DNA of 64,000 nt from Natronohydrobacter sp. Lineage in GTDB: Bacteria; Pseudomonadota; Alphaproteobacteria; Rhodobacterales; Rhodobacteraceae. The notes beneath the pieces are model-generated. The model saw nothing but the letters and a program-made list of their open reading frames with translations, had not been told where the DNA came from and ran no database searches. The stretch is from assembly GCA_020832555.1 (NCBI GenBank), contig JAFIEM010000006.1:1372-65371 (forward strand). Direction: 5' to 3'. Position 1 is the stretch's first letter; the number at the start of each line of letters is the position of its first letter. Shown here one piece after another: positions 29,832-39,506 of the stretch. The position numbers and the translations under genes were made by a program.

Positions 29832-32800
29832 ATGCCGAAGAGAACCGATATCCAGAAAATCATGATCATTGGTGCCGGGCCTATCGTCATCGGACAGGCC
29901 TGCGAATTCGACTATTCCGGCGCGCAAGCCTGCAAGGCATTGCGCGAGGAAGGTTACAAGGTCGTTCTGGTCAACTCGAACCCGGCCACGATCATGACCG
30001 ACCCGGGGCTGGCCGATGCGACCTATATCGAGCCGATCACGCCTGAGATCGTGGCCAAGATCATCGAGAAGGAACGCCCCGACGCGCTTTTGCCGACAAT
30101 GGGCGGGCAAACCGGTCTGAACACCTCGCTTGCGCTGGCAGATATGGGGGTGCTGGAAAAATTCGGCGTCGAATTGATCGGCGCGAACCGGCAGGCCATC
30201 GAGATGGCCGAGGATCGCAAGCTGTTCCGCGAGGCGATGGACCGGATCGGGCTGGAAAACCCGAAGGCCACGATCATCGCGGCACCCAAGGTCAATGGCA
30301 AATACGATATCAATGCCGGTGTCGCCGAGGCGATGGCGGCCATCGAATATGTGGGCCTGCCCGCGATCATCCGCCCGGCCTTCACGCTTGGCGGGACAGG
30401 CGGCGGCGTGGCCTATAACCGCGACGATTATGAGCGGATCTGCCGCTCGGGGCTGGACGCCTCGCCGGTTGCGCAAATCCTGATCGACGAGTCGCTGCTG
30501 GGCTGGAAAGAATACGAGATGGAGGTGGTCCGTGACCGCGCGGATAACGCCATCATCGTCTGTTCCATCGAAAACGTGGACCCGATGGGCGTGCATACGG
30601 GCGATTCCATCACCGTTGCCCCTGCCCTGACGCTGACCGACAAGGAATACCAGATCATGCGCAATGGCTCGATTGCCGTACTGCGCGAGATCGGCGTGGA
30701 AACCGGCGGCTCGAATGTGCAATGGGCGATCAACCCGGCCGACGGGCGCATGGTGGTGATCGAGATGAACCCCCGCGTGTCGCGTTCTTCGGCGCTTGCG
30801 TCCAAGGCGACGGGCTTCCCGATTGCCAAGATCGCGGCCAAACTGGCGGTGGGCTACACGCTGGACGAATTGGACAACGACATCACAAAAGTGACACCCG
30901 CAAGCTTTGAACCCACAATAGATTATGTGGTGACAAAGATCCCGAGGTTCGCTTTTGAAAAGTTTCCGGGTTCCGTGCCGGAACTGACCACGGCGATGAA
31001 GTCGGTGGGCGAGGCGATGGCGATTGGCCGGACCTTCCACGAATCGATGCAGAAGGCATTGGCGTCGATGGAAACCGGGCTGACCGGTTTTGACGAAATC
31101 GCCATCCCCGGCGCCCCCGACAAGGCCGCCGTCATCAAAGCCATCAGCGCCCAGACCCCCGACCGTTTGCGGCTGATCGCGCAGGCGATGCGCGAAGGGC
31201 TGAGCAATGATGAAATTCAGGTCGCAACGGCGTTCGATCCCTGGTTTCTGGACCGTATCCGCGAAATCATCGAAACCGAGGCCGAGATCGCCCGCAACGG
31301 CCTGCCAGTGACGGCAGAGGGGTTGCGCACGCTGAAAATGCTGGGTTTCACCGATGCGCGCCTTGCCAAACTGACGGGCCGCGAGGAAGATCAGGTCCGC
31401 CGTGCGCGCCGCAATCTGGGCGTCAATGCTGTCTTCAAGCGCATCGACACCTGCGCCGCCGAATTCGAGGCACAGACCCCCTATATGTATTCCACCTACG
31501 AATCGCCGGTCATGGGCGATGTGGAATGCGAAGCGCGTCCCTCGGATCGCAAGAAAGTGGTCATTCTGGGCGGTGGTCCCAACCGGATTGGTCAGGGGAT
31601 CGAGTTTGACTATTGCTGCTGCCATGCCTGTTTCGCGCTGACCGATGTCGGCTACGAGACGATCATGATCAACTGCAACCCTGAAACGGTTTCGACCGAT
31701 TACGACACCTCGGACCGGCTGTATTTCGAGCCGCTGACGCTGGAGCATGTGCTGGAAATCCTGCGCGTCGAACAGGAAAACGGGACGCTGCATGGGGTGA
31801 TCGTGCAATTTGGCGGGCAGACACCGCTGAAACTCGCGAATGCGCTGCAGGACGAAGGTATCCCGATCCTCGGCACCTCGCCCGATGCGATTGACCTTGC
31901 CGAGGACCGCGAACGGTTCCAGGCGCTGCTGAATGATCTGGACCTGAAACAGCCGGTCAACGGGATTGCCTCAAGCCGCGATCAGGCCTTCGAGATTGCC
32001 GCGAAGGTCGGCTATCCGCTGGTGATCCGCCCGTCCTATGTTCTGGGTGGCCGCGCGATGGAAATCGTGCGCGATGACGCGCATCTGGAACGCTATATTC
32101 GTGATGCCGTGCAGGTGTCGGGCAAGAATCCGGTGCTTCTGGACAGCTATCTTGTGGGCGCGGTCGAGGTCGATGTGGATGCGCTTTGCGACGGCGAGGC
32201 GGTCCATGTTGCGGGTATCATGCAGCATATCGAGGAAGCGGGCGTGCATTCCGGCGACAGCGCGTGCTCGCTGCCGCCCTATTCGCTGGATGCCGCAACC
32301 ATAGCAGAATTGCGGGTTCAGACGGAGAAACTGGCGCGCGGCCTGAATGTGGTCGGGCTGATGAATGTGCAATTCGCGATCAAGGATGGCGTGATCTATG
32401 TCCTTGAAGTGAACCCGCGCGCCTCGCGCACTGTGCCCTTCGTGGCCAAAGCCACTGATAGCGCGATTGCCTCGATTGCCGCGCGGCTGATGGCCGGCGA
32501 GAAGCTCTCGACCTTCCCGCTGCGGGCACCGATTGCCACTGATGTCGCCCCGACTGAACCGATGCCGATGGGCGATCCGATGACCCTGGCAGACCCGCAG
32601 ACCCCGTGGTTCTCGGTCAAGGAAGCCGTGCTGCCCTTCGCGCGCTTCCCCGGCGTGGACACGCTGCTTGGCCCTGAAATGCGCTCGACCGGTGAAGTGA
32701 TGGGCTGGGCGCGCAATTTCGCGCGCGCCTTCTACAAGGCGCAGCTTGGCGCGGGCGTGAATCTGCCGGAAGGCGGCAAAGTGTTCCTGTCGATCAAGGA

Positions 32801-33170
32801 TTACGACAAGGGTCCGCTGATGCAGGAAGCCGCGCAGACCCTGACCGATCTGGGCTTCGAGATCATCGCAACCCGTGGCACGGCAAGCTGGCTGAAAACG
32901 CAGGGCGTCACCTGCGAGGTCGTCAACAAGGTCTATGAAGGCCGTCCCAATATCGTCGATCTGATGAAATCGGGCGAGATTGTCATGGTGCTGAACACGA
33001 CCGAAGGCGCGCAAGCCATCGAGGACAGCCGCGAAATCCGCGCGGTCGCGCTCTATGACAAGATCCCGTATTTCACCACGGCGGCAGGCAGCCATGCAGC
33101 CGTCATGGCGATCAAGGCGCGCGAAGAAGGCGAAATCGGTGTGCGTGCGCTTCAGCACTCGGATATGTAA
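29832..33170 (+). CDS. carB: Carbamoyl-phosphate synthase large subunit
   Basis: [17 protein letters not shown], two ATP-grasp halves, [18 protein letters not shown] domain. Confidence 0.98.
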   Translation: MPKRTDIQKIMIIGAGPIVIGQACEFDYSGAQACKALREEGYKVVLVNSNPATIMTDPGLADATYIEPITPEIVAKIIEKERPDALLPTMGGQTGLNTSLALADMGVLEKFGVELIGANRQAIEMAEDRKLFREAMDRIGLENPKATIIAAPKVNGKYDINAGVAEAMAAIEYVGLPAIIRPAFTLGGTGGGVAYNRDDYERICRSGLDASPVAQILIDESLLGWKEYEMEVVRDRADNAIIVCSIENVDPMGVHTGDSITVAPALTLTDKEYQIMRNGSIAVLREIGVETGGSNVQWAINPADGRMVVIEMNPRVSRSSALASKATGFPIAKIAAKLAVGYTLDELDNDITKVTPASFEPTIDYVVTKIPRFAFEKFPGSVPELTTAMKSVGEAMAIGRTFHESMQKALASMETGLTGFDEIAIPGAPDKAAVIKAISAQTPDRLRLIAQAMREGLSNDEIQVATAFDPWFLDRIREIIETEAEIARNGLPVTAEGLRTLKMLGFTDARLAKLTGREEDQVRRARRNLGVNAVFKRIDTCAAEFEAQTPYMYSTYESPVMGDVECEARPSDRKKVVILGGGPNRIGQGIEFDYCCCHACFALTDVGYETIMINCNPETVSTDYDTSDRLYFEPLTLEHVLEILRVEQENGTLHGVIVQFGGQTPLKLANALQDEGIPILGTSPDAIDLAEDRERFQALLNDLDLKQPVNGIASSRDQAFEIAAKVGYPLVIRPSYVLGGRAMEIVRDDAHLERYIRDAVQVSGKNPVLLDSYLVGAVEVDVDALCDGEAVHVAGIMQHIEEAGVHSGDSACSLPPYSLDAATIAELRVQTEKLARGLNVVGLMNVQFAIKDGVIYVLEVNPRASRTVPFVAKATDSAIASIAARLMAGEKLSTFPLRAPIATDVAPTEPMPMGDPMTLADPQTPWFSVKEAVLPFARFPGVDTLLGPEMRSTGEVMGWARNFARAFYKAQLGAGVNLPEGGKVFLSIKDYDKGPLMQEAAQTLTDLGFEIIATRGTASWLKTQGVTCEVVNKVYEGRPNIVDLMKSGEIVMVLNTTEGAQAIEDSREIRAVALYDKIPYFTTAAGSHAAVMAIKAREEGEIGVRALQHSDM

Positions 33171-33174
33171 CCTG

Positions 33175-33205
33175 CAGGTCTGGGGGGGCCACCTCCCCTG
33201 ACCTG
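33175..33205. terminator. Hairpin between the convergent carB and diheme protein genes
   Basis: CAGGTC-TGGGGGGG..CCTCCCCT-GACCTG inverted repeat. Confidence 0.45.
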
Positions 33206-33212
33206 AAAACCC

Positions 33213-34874
33213 CTATCGCTCGACCGGCAAGCCGCTGGGCACAGCCTGCGGCACGCCGCGCCAGCCGATCAGCGACCCTTCATCGGTCAGTGCCTCAAGG
33301 AAGGCCACCAACAGGTCGATCTCGTCCTCTTGCAAAAGGACCAGAGGGCGGCGCGCCATGGCCCGCGCGGCAGCATCCGAAATCAGCGCGATCTGCTGCG
33401 CATTCTCAAATGGCGCATAGTCATCTTCTTCTGTCACCAGTGCGGGCAGAATGGCCTGGGGCTCATAACGCGCAAGCCCTGCGACCGGGTCCAGATGGTG
33501 CCGCAGAAACGCCCGGATATCCGAAAACGCCCCGGCATGACCCCAGGGGCCGGTCGTCAACACATTGCGCAGCATGGGCGTGCGAAAGGCGTAATTGTCC
33601 TCCGGGTCCAGCGTGATACCGCCGCGCCCGATATCGCGGGTATAGCCCTCGCCATCGCGGTCCTTGCCCGGACCGATGGGCGGCTGGCCCATCGCATGAA
33701 ATTTCTGATCGCTCAGAAGCGCGCCCGAATGGCAAGAGGCACAATTCGCCCGACCAAAGAAGAGCCGCATCCCCTCGCCCGCCTGCGCTGACAGCGCTGC
33801 CGTTTCACGCAGGTAAGCGTCAAACGGCGTCTGATCCGCGCGGAACTCGGATTCGATGAAAGCGGCAATAGCGTTGGTAATGTCCGTCATCTGCACCGGA
33901 AGATCCTGCCCGCGCCATGCCGCGAATGCCGCCCGGTATTCGGGGATCGCGTCCACGCGCGCCGCCAGCAAGGCCCAGGCCCCGGTATCCCCATGGATAC
34001 GATCTTCCTCCACCGCATCGGCAATCGGGTTTTCGCCGGGTCGCCCGGCCATCTCTTCGCGCGACAGAACCGGAAACATCGCCTGCACGGCCAGAAGCGA
34101 GTCAAACTCCAGGTAGTCGAGCGGTCCCTGCGGGGTCAGGCGTGCCTCGGGATTGTCCGGGTCCTGTTCAAGCCGCCCATCATGGAAAAAGACACGGATC
34201 TCCTTGGCTCCAAGATTCCAGAGCGCAGGCGCATTGCGTGGGATACGGCGGTCGGCGGCATGAACGCCCGCAGGGATGCGCGCTTCGCCCAAGCCTTGCG
34301 CGCCAGTGCCCAGACCAAGCGACACGCCATCCCCGGAATTCAGACTCGGATGATGGCAGACTGCGCAGGAAATATCCTTGTTGCCTGACAGGATGGGATC
34401 AAAGAACAGCAGATGGCCGATGCTGGCAAGAGTTTCATCAACCTCGCGAAATGCGCCCGGACCCAGAGGTGAGGGCAATTCAAAGATACCGCCAACTGCG
34501 AGACTGCGCGCCTGATCGGGCACGACTGGCAACGCCGCCAGATGCAGGCGCGCGGGCGGCCTGAGAGAGCGGATCGGTGCGACGGAGGCAACCGCAGCCG
34601 CCGCCGCAGCCTGTCGAACAACAGGACTCCGGGTCGCTGCCACGGGCGCAGATGTCGGCGCAGGCGCACCACCCGGTGTCAGGAAGATTTCGTCGAGCAT
34701 CCGCGCCGCTTGCGGATCGCCCGCCTGCTCCAGCCGCCGCAAGGCCGAGAAGGCGGTGAAGAAGTCCCCCTGCTCCATGGCGGCCAGACCCTGATTGAGC
34801 GTCTGAGCGGATGACGGCCCGGTAGCGGGCACGCCAAGGCTCAACATCACGGTGAGCATAACACCAGCGCGCAT
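33213..34874 (-). CDS. Periplasmic diheme cytochrome c peroxidase/MauG-family protein with N-terminal extension
   Basis: Signal peptide; LFFDPILSG..SCAVCH and CASCH heme c motifs; RNAP, QAMFPV..EEM, FRTPMLRNV, LVAFLEALTD. Confidence 0.9.
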   Translation of the reverse strand: MRAGVMLTVMLSLGVPATGPSSAQTLNQGLAAMEQGDFFTAFSALRRLEQAGDPQAARMLDEIFLTPGGAPAPTSAPVAATRSPVVRQAAAAAAVASVAPIRSLRPPARLHLAALPVVPDQARSLAVGGIFELPSPLGPGAFREVDETLASIGHLLFFDPILSGNKDISCAVCHHPSLNSGDGVSLGLGTGAQGLGEARIPAGVHAADRRIPRNAPALWNLGAKEIRVFFHDGRLEQDPDNPEARLTPQGPLDYLEFDSLLAVQAMFPVLSREEMAGRPGENPIADAVEEDRIHGDTGAWALLAARVDAIPEYRAAFAAWRGQDLPVQMTDITNAIAAFIESEFRADQTPFDAYLRETAALSAQAGEGMRLFFGRANCASCHSGALLSDQKFHAMGQPPIGPGKDRDGEGYTRDIGRGGITLDPEDNYAFRTPMLRNVLTTGPWGHAGAFSDIRAFLRHHLDPVAGLARYEPQAILPALVTEEDDYAPFENAQQIALISDAAARAMARRPLVLLQEDEIDLLVAFLEALTDEGSLIGWRGVPQAVPSGLPVER

Positions 34875-34889
34875 TCACCAATCCCCGAA

Positions 34890-34915
34890 ATCATCAATCA
34901 AATAATGGTGATGAT
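34890..34915. promoter_or_regulatory. Inverted repeat ATCATCA-N12-TGATGAT in the AT-rich divergent promoter region
   Basis: Perfect 7-bp arms between the diheme gene and the glycosyltransferase operon. Confidence 0.35.
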
Positions 34916-35075
34916 ACCAAGATGACTGATTCGTGCAAAAGAAATGTTGATCGGTTCGGTTAGCCTCATTCTTGCCTTTCTGCGTCGCTATACCCTGCTG
35001 CAGACCAAGATGAGACATGACATGATGCAACTGAGTGTTGAAGATATGGCTGTGCCGTCTGGCGCACAGGGGAAG

Positions 35076-35834
35076 ATGCAGTTCACTTTCGGGACCACAC
35101 GAATCGACGTGACCACACCGACATGGGGTGAGGTCATTTCATCCGTTTCCGCTCATCTCAAGGCGCATCGGGGCTTCGCACTGGCCACGATCAATCTTGA
35201 TCATCTCGTCAAGCTTCGCAGCGATCCGGATTTTCTTGCAGCCTATGCCCGCCATGACATCATCGTGGCGGATGGAAATCCGATTGTCTGGTTGTCCCGA
35301 CTTGCCAAACGCCCTGTGGAGCTTATCCCCGGATCGGACCTGATCCACCCGCTTGCGGGACTTGCGGCCTCACTCGGCGTTCCGGTGGCCTTGTTCGGGA
35401 GCAGTCCCGAAGTGCTGGAAGAGGCGGCGAATGCCTTGCAACACCAGCATCCTGGCCTCAAACTTGCGACAAGGATAGCACCCCCGATGGGGTTCGATCC
35501 AACCGGTCCGGTGGCAGAGCGTCTGCTCAGGGATATCGCGGCCTCTGGGGCCGGGTTGTGCTTCGTCGCGCTCGGGGCCCCGAAGCAGGAAGAATTCGCG
35601 GCTTTCGGGCGCAGCATCGCCCCGCAGGTCGGATTCGTCTCGATCGGGGCCGGGCTGGACTTCATTGCGGGACGGCAGACCCGCGCCCCGCAGATCGTGC
35701 GAGCGCTTGCGCTGGAGTGGTTCTGGCGGATGATGCTTGCGCCCGGTCGGCTGGGGTTGCGTTACCTGCGCTGTATCCTGATCCTGCCGGGTCAGACATT
35801 GGCCGCGTGGCGCCTGCGCCAGCGGACGGGGTAG
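35076..35834 (+). CDS. WecB/TagA/CpsF family glycosyltransferase (GT26)
   Basis: TINLDH, VADGNPIVW, GSDL, VALGAPKQE, IGAGLDF, LEWFWRM; start chosen by RBS, upstream ATGs are possible. Confidence 0.9.
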   Translation: MQFTFGTTRIDVTTPTWGEVISSVSAHLKAHRGFALATINLDHLVKLRSDPDFLAAYARHDIIVADGNPIVWLSRLAKRPVELIPGSDLIHPLAGLAASLGVPVALFGSSPEVLEEAANALQHQHPGLKLATRIAPPMGFDPTGPVAERLLRDIAASGAGLCFVALGAPKQEEFAAFGRSIAPQVGFVSIGAGLDFIAGRQTRAPQIVRALALEWFWRMMLAPGRLGLRYLRCILILPGQTLAAWRLRQRTG

Positions 35835-35914
35835 GACCGGATGCAAGACGCATAGCGCAGGCCGCAACGGCGCGCGGAACCTTTACGACACGAAACACGG
35901 ACGAACGAAGACAG

Positions 35915-36892
35915 ATGACAGGGCGCAGGACAGGGATGGCCGTCGCGGGCGTGGCACTTGCCGGGGCCGTAGCCGCAGCATGGTGGACGTGGAATACACC
36001 CGCCCCGCTACCTGCGCTCTCGACCGAAGAACGCGCCGCACTTTTCGCCGCGCCGCTGGATGCGCCCGAAACCGGCGTCCAGAAATTCTATCTGGGCCAT
36101 AGCCTGATCGGCTCCAATATCCCGGCATTCGTGCACCAACTGGCCGAGGCGGCAGGGTTTCAGGAGCCCGCGTTTCACAGCCAGTTGGGCTGGGGCACCA
36201 GCCTGCGCGAACACTGGTATCCGACGCTCACGATCAACGGTTTTGCCGAGATGAATGACAGCCCCGCCCATGCGCCGGCAAAACCCGCGCTGGAAAGCGG
36301 CAGCTATGATGTGCTTGTGATCACGGAAATGGTCGATCTGAAGGATGCGATCCGCTGGCATGATTCGGGCCGCTATGCCGGGTTCTGGGCCGGATTCGCG
36401 CGCCAGAACCGTTCCGATCTGCGCGTCTATCTTTACGAGACATGGCACCGCACGGATATTCCCGAAGGCTGGCTGGAAAGGATCGACGCGGACCTGTCCG
36501 ATCTTTGGGAAGGCACGATTCTGGCGCAGGCAAAAGCCATGCCCGATGTGGGTGTGATCCATCTGATCCCGGCAGGTCAGGCGATGGCCGCATTCACGCG
36601 CGCGCTGGAAGCGCAGGGCGGTCTGCCGGGTCTGGACGACCGACACGGGCTGTTCGTACTGAATGAGGACGGCACACGCGACAACATCCACCCCAGCGAT
36701 CTGGGCAGCTATCTGGTGGCGCTGGTGCATTTCGCGACACTCTATCACACGGACCCGCGCGGCCTGCCGCATGAACTGACACGCGCGGACGGCACCCCGG
36801 CCGAGGCACCTTCGCCAGAAGTGGCAGCGCTGATGCAGCAAGTGGCCTGGGATGTGGTGCGCAGCCTGCCACAGACAGGAGTTGCGCAATGA
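35915..36892 (+). CDS. Membrane-anchored SGNH-like hydrolase/acyltransferase
   Basis: N-terminal TM segment; block I FYLGHSL, YDVLVITE, YETW, block V DNIHPS. Confidence 0.65.
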   Translation: MTGRRTGMAVAGVALAGAVAAAWWTWNTPAPLPALSTEERAALFAAPLDAPETGVQKFYLGHSLIGSNIPAFVHQLAEAAGFQEPAFHSQLGWGTSLREHWYPTLTINGFAEMNDSPAHAPAKPALESGSYDVLVITEMVDLKDAIRWHDSGRYAGFWAGFARQNRSDLRVYLYETWHRTDIPEGWLERIDADLSDLWEGTILAQAKAMPDVGVIHLIPAGQAMAAFTRALEAQGGLPGLDDRHGLFVLNEDGTRDNIHPSDLGSYLVALVHFATLYHTDPRGLPHELTRADGTPAEAPSPEVAALMQQVAWDVVRSLPQTGVAQ

Positions 36893-38604
36893 AAGCCTTT
36901 TTCATTCTTGTCATGGCACTCACCCTGCCCTGCGCGGCTTTTGCGCAGGGCTTGACCTCGCCCCGCGATGCCGGGACCGCGCCCTGGCTGGGCATCAACA
37001 TGACCGAATTGCGCGACTACCAGCCGCAGCGCCCCTTCATCGATGTGATGAAAACCGCGCGCGCGTGGTATGGACATCTGCCGGGACAATGGGGCGGCTG
37101 GGAAGAGGCCGATCTGATCGCTGCCGGAGCGCTCGGGCCGCATGGCTGGCCAACCCATGTGCCTCAGGAAATCACCGGCATCTCGACCCTGATGCTGGTG
37201 GATCTGGCCGAGGATACAGGCGGGGTCGCGGGCAATTACCGGCTGACGCATGAGGGCGAGGGGCGGCTGGAAATCGGCGGTCGCGTGGGCGGTGTGCGCC
37301 GGAGCGGGCGGAATACGCTATGGTTCAGCTTCACCCCCGGCCCCGGCGGGATTGAACTGACCATCCGCCAGACAGACCCGACCAATCCGATCCGCAATAT
37401 CCAGATCGTGCATCAGGACCATATCGCAGAGCATGCAGCCGGTGAGTTGCTGAACCCCGACTGGCGCGCGCGGATGGACGGGATGGCGCTCTTGCGCTTC
37501 ATGGCCTGGCAGAACACGAATTACGCGACATGGAGCGCGTGGGACGACCGGCCATTGCCCGATGGTTACACATGGACCCCACGCGGTGTGCCGCTGGAAA
37601 TTCTGATCCGGGTGGCGAATGAGATGGGGGCGGATCCGTGGTTCAACATCCCGCATCTGGCTGATGATGGCTATATCGAAGCCATGGCCGAAATGATCCG
37701 CGACCAGCTCGACCCGGACCTGACCGCATGGATCGAATTCTCGAATGAAACCTGGAACTGGTCCTTCCCGCAAGCCAGCGCCGCCGCCGAGGCCGCAGAG
37801 GCGCGCTGGGGCAATCGCGATCTGTGGCAGGAATGGAACGCCATGCGCGCCGCGCAGATGGTGCAGATCTTCAACCAGGTCTTTGGCGATGAGGGGCACC
37901 GGCTGAACCGGGTTCTGGCCACGCAGACCGGCTGGCTGGGGCTTGAAGACCAGCTTGAAGCCCGCAACTGGCAGTCAGAGCACCCAGACAACCCGGCCCC
38001 GCCGACACTGTTCGATACTTATGCGATCACAGGCTATTTCAGCGGCACGCTTGGCACACCAGAAGCCGCCCCGCTGCTGCGCGACTGGCTGTCGGATGCG
38101 CGAGCAGAGGCACAGGCCCAGGGCATCGCGCGCGGGCTGACCGGCGCGGAACTTGACCGGTTCACGCAAGCGGAAAGCCACAGAATTCTTGAGCCGAAAC
38201 TGACTGAAGACCTGCTCGATGGCCGCCACAGCAATGATCCGCGCGGCACGGTCGCGCGCATTCATGCGCATTACCTGCCCTATCATCTGGACGTGGCCCA
38301 GCGCTGGGGGCTGGATCTGGTCGCCTACGAAGGCGGCACGCATCTGCTGGGGCTGGGCGAGGTGATGAATGACCCCGACCTGACCGCGCTCTTTGTCGAT
38401 TTCAACTATTCGACAGGCATGGGCACGCTCTATTCCGAATTGCTGCGCGGCTGGTATGCCGGGGGGGGTGGGCTCTTCGTGCAGTATTCCGACATTCGCC
38501 GCGCCAATCACTGGGGCAGTTTCGGGGCGCTGCGCCATGTGAAAGACGACAACCCGCGCTGGAACGCATTGGTTGGCTTTGACCCCGAGAAGGTGCGCCC
38601 GTGA
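36889..38604 (+). CDS. Exported clan GH-A-like glycoside hydrolase (uncharacterised)
   Basis: Signal peptide; PFIDVMK, LRFMAW, PWFNIPH, EFSNETWN (candidate acid/base), LVAYEGG (candidate nucleophile). Confidence 0.65.
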   Translation: MKAFFILVMALTLPCAAFAQGLTSPRDAGTAPWLGINMTELRDYQPQRPFIDVMKTARAWYGHLPGQWGGWEEADLIAAGALGPHGWPTHVPQEITGISTLMLVDLAEDTGGVAGNYRLTHEGEGRLEIGGRVGGVRRSGRNTLWFSFTPGPGGIELTIRQTDPTNPIRNIQIVHQDHIAEHAAGELLNPDWRARMDGMALLRFMAWQNTNYATWSAWDDRPLPDGYTWTPRGVPLEILIRVANEMGADPWFNIPHLADDGYIEAMAEMIRDQLDPDLTAWIEFSNETWNWSFPQASAAAEAAEARWGNRDLWQEWNAMRAAQMVQIFNQVFGDEGHRLNRVLATQTGWLGLEDQLEARNWQSEHPDNPAPPTLFDTYAITGYFSGTLGTPEAAPLLRDWLSDARAEAQAQGIARGLTGAELDRFTQAESHRILEPKLTEDLLDGRHSNDPRGTVARIHAHYLPYHLDVAQRWGLDLVAYEGGTHLLGLGEVMNDPDLTALFVDFNYSTGMGTLYSELLRGWYAGGGGLFVQYSDIRRANHWGSFGALRHVKDDNPRWNALVGFDPEKVRP

Positions 38605-39431
38605 CCCCGGTTCTTTCCGTCCTGATCCCCGCCAGCAATGAAGAGCGCTATATCGGCCCCTGCCTGAAAGCGGTACTGAATTCCGATCCGGTGCCCGGCT
38701 ATACGGTCGAGGTGATCGTGATCGCCAATGGCTGCAATGACGACACTGTGGGCGTCGCCCGGCGCTTTCGCGAGATGGCGGAGGGCCGGGGCTGGCGTCT
38801 GAGCGTGCTTGATCTTTGCGAGGGCGACAAGATCGGCGCATTGAATGCGGGCGACGAGAAAGCCATCGGGCGGCTGCGCGTCTATCTGGATGCCGATGTG
38901 ACGCTCAGTCCGCCCTTGCTTGCCGAACTGGCCTCGGCCCTGAGCAAGCCCGGCGCACGCTATGCCACCGGGACACCGGAAATCAGTCCGGCGATCAGCC
39001 TTGCGACCCGTCTCTATGGGCGGTTCTGGGCGCGCGTGCCCTTCATGCGCGAAGGGGCGCCAGGGTTCGGCATCTATGCGGTCAATGCCGAGGGCCGCAG
39101 CCGTTGGGCGGAATTTCCCGATATCATCTCGGACGATACCTTTGTGCGGCTGAAATTCGCGCCCGCCGAGCGGGTGCAGTTGCGTGCAACCTATCGCTGG
39201 CCGCTGGTCGAAGGGTTCGGCAATCTGGTCCGCGTGCGACGCAGGCAGGATCAGGGGGTGGCACAGGTCAAGCAGCTTTTCCCGGAACTGGCGCAGAATG
39301 ACACCAAGGCTCGCGCCGATCTGCCTGCGCTGCTACGCGCTGATCCGATTGGCTTTGTGATCTATACAAGCGTGGCGCTCTTGGTGCGTCTGGGCGGTCT
39401 GCGCCCCGGTGCCTGGACGCGCGGGCGATAG
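38601..39431 (+). CDS. Glycosyltransferase family 2
   Basis: SVLIPASNEE, NGCNDDT, YLDAD (DxD), ISDD. Confidence 0.88.
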   Translation: MTPVLSVLIPASNEERYIGPCLKAVLNSDPVPGYTVEVIVIANGCNDDTVGVARRFREMAEGRGWRLSVLDLCEGDKIGALNAGDEKAIGRLRVYLDADVTLSPPLLAELASALSKPGARYATGTPEISPAISLATRLYGRFWARVPFMREGAPGFGIYAVNAEGRSRWAEFPDIISDDTFVRLKFAPAERVQLRATYRWPLVEGFGNLVRVRRRQDQGVAQVKQLFPELAQNDTKARADLPALLRADPIGFVIYTSVALLVRLGGLRPGAWTRGR

Positions 39432-39506
39432 GCCGCAGCCCAGCGCCCTCGTCATCGCGGCCTGCCTGCGCTACTGACAGAGCATGCCACGCCAGAGGTT
39501 CGCCCG

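Noticed and set aside
29787-33158. 673-aa and 395-aa minus-strand ORFs
   Set aside because: Antisense shadows of carB.
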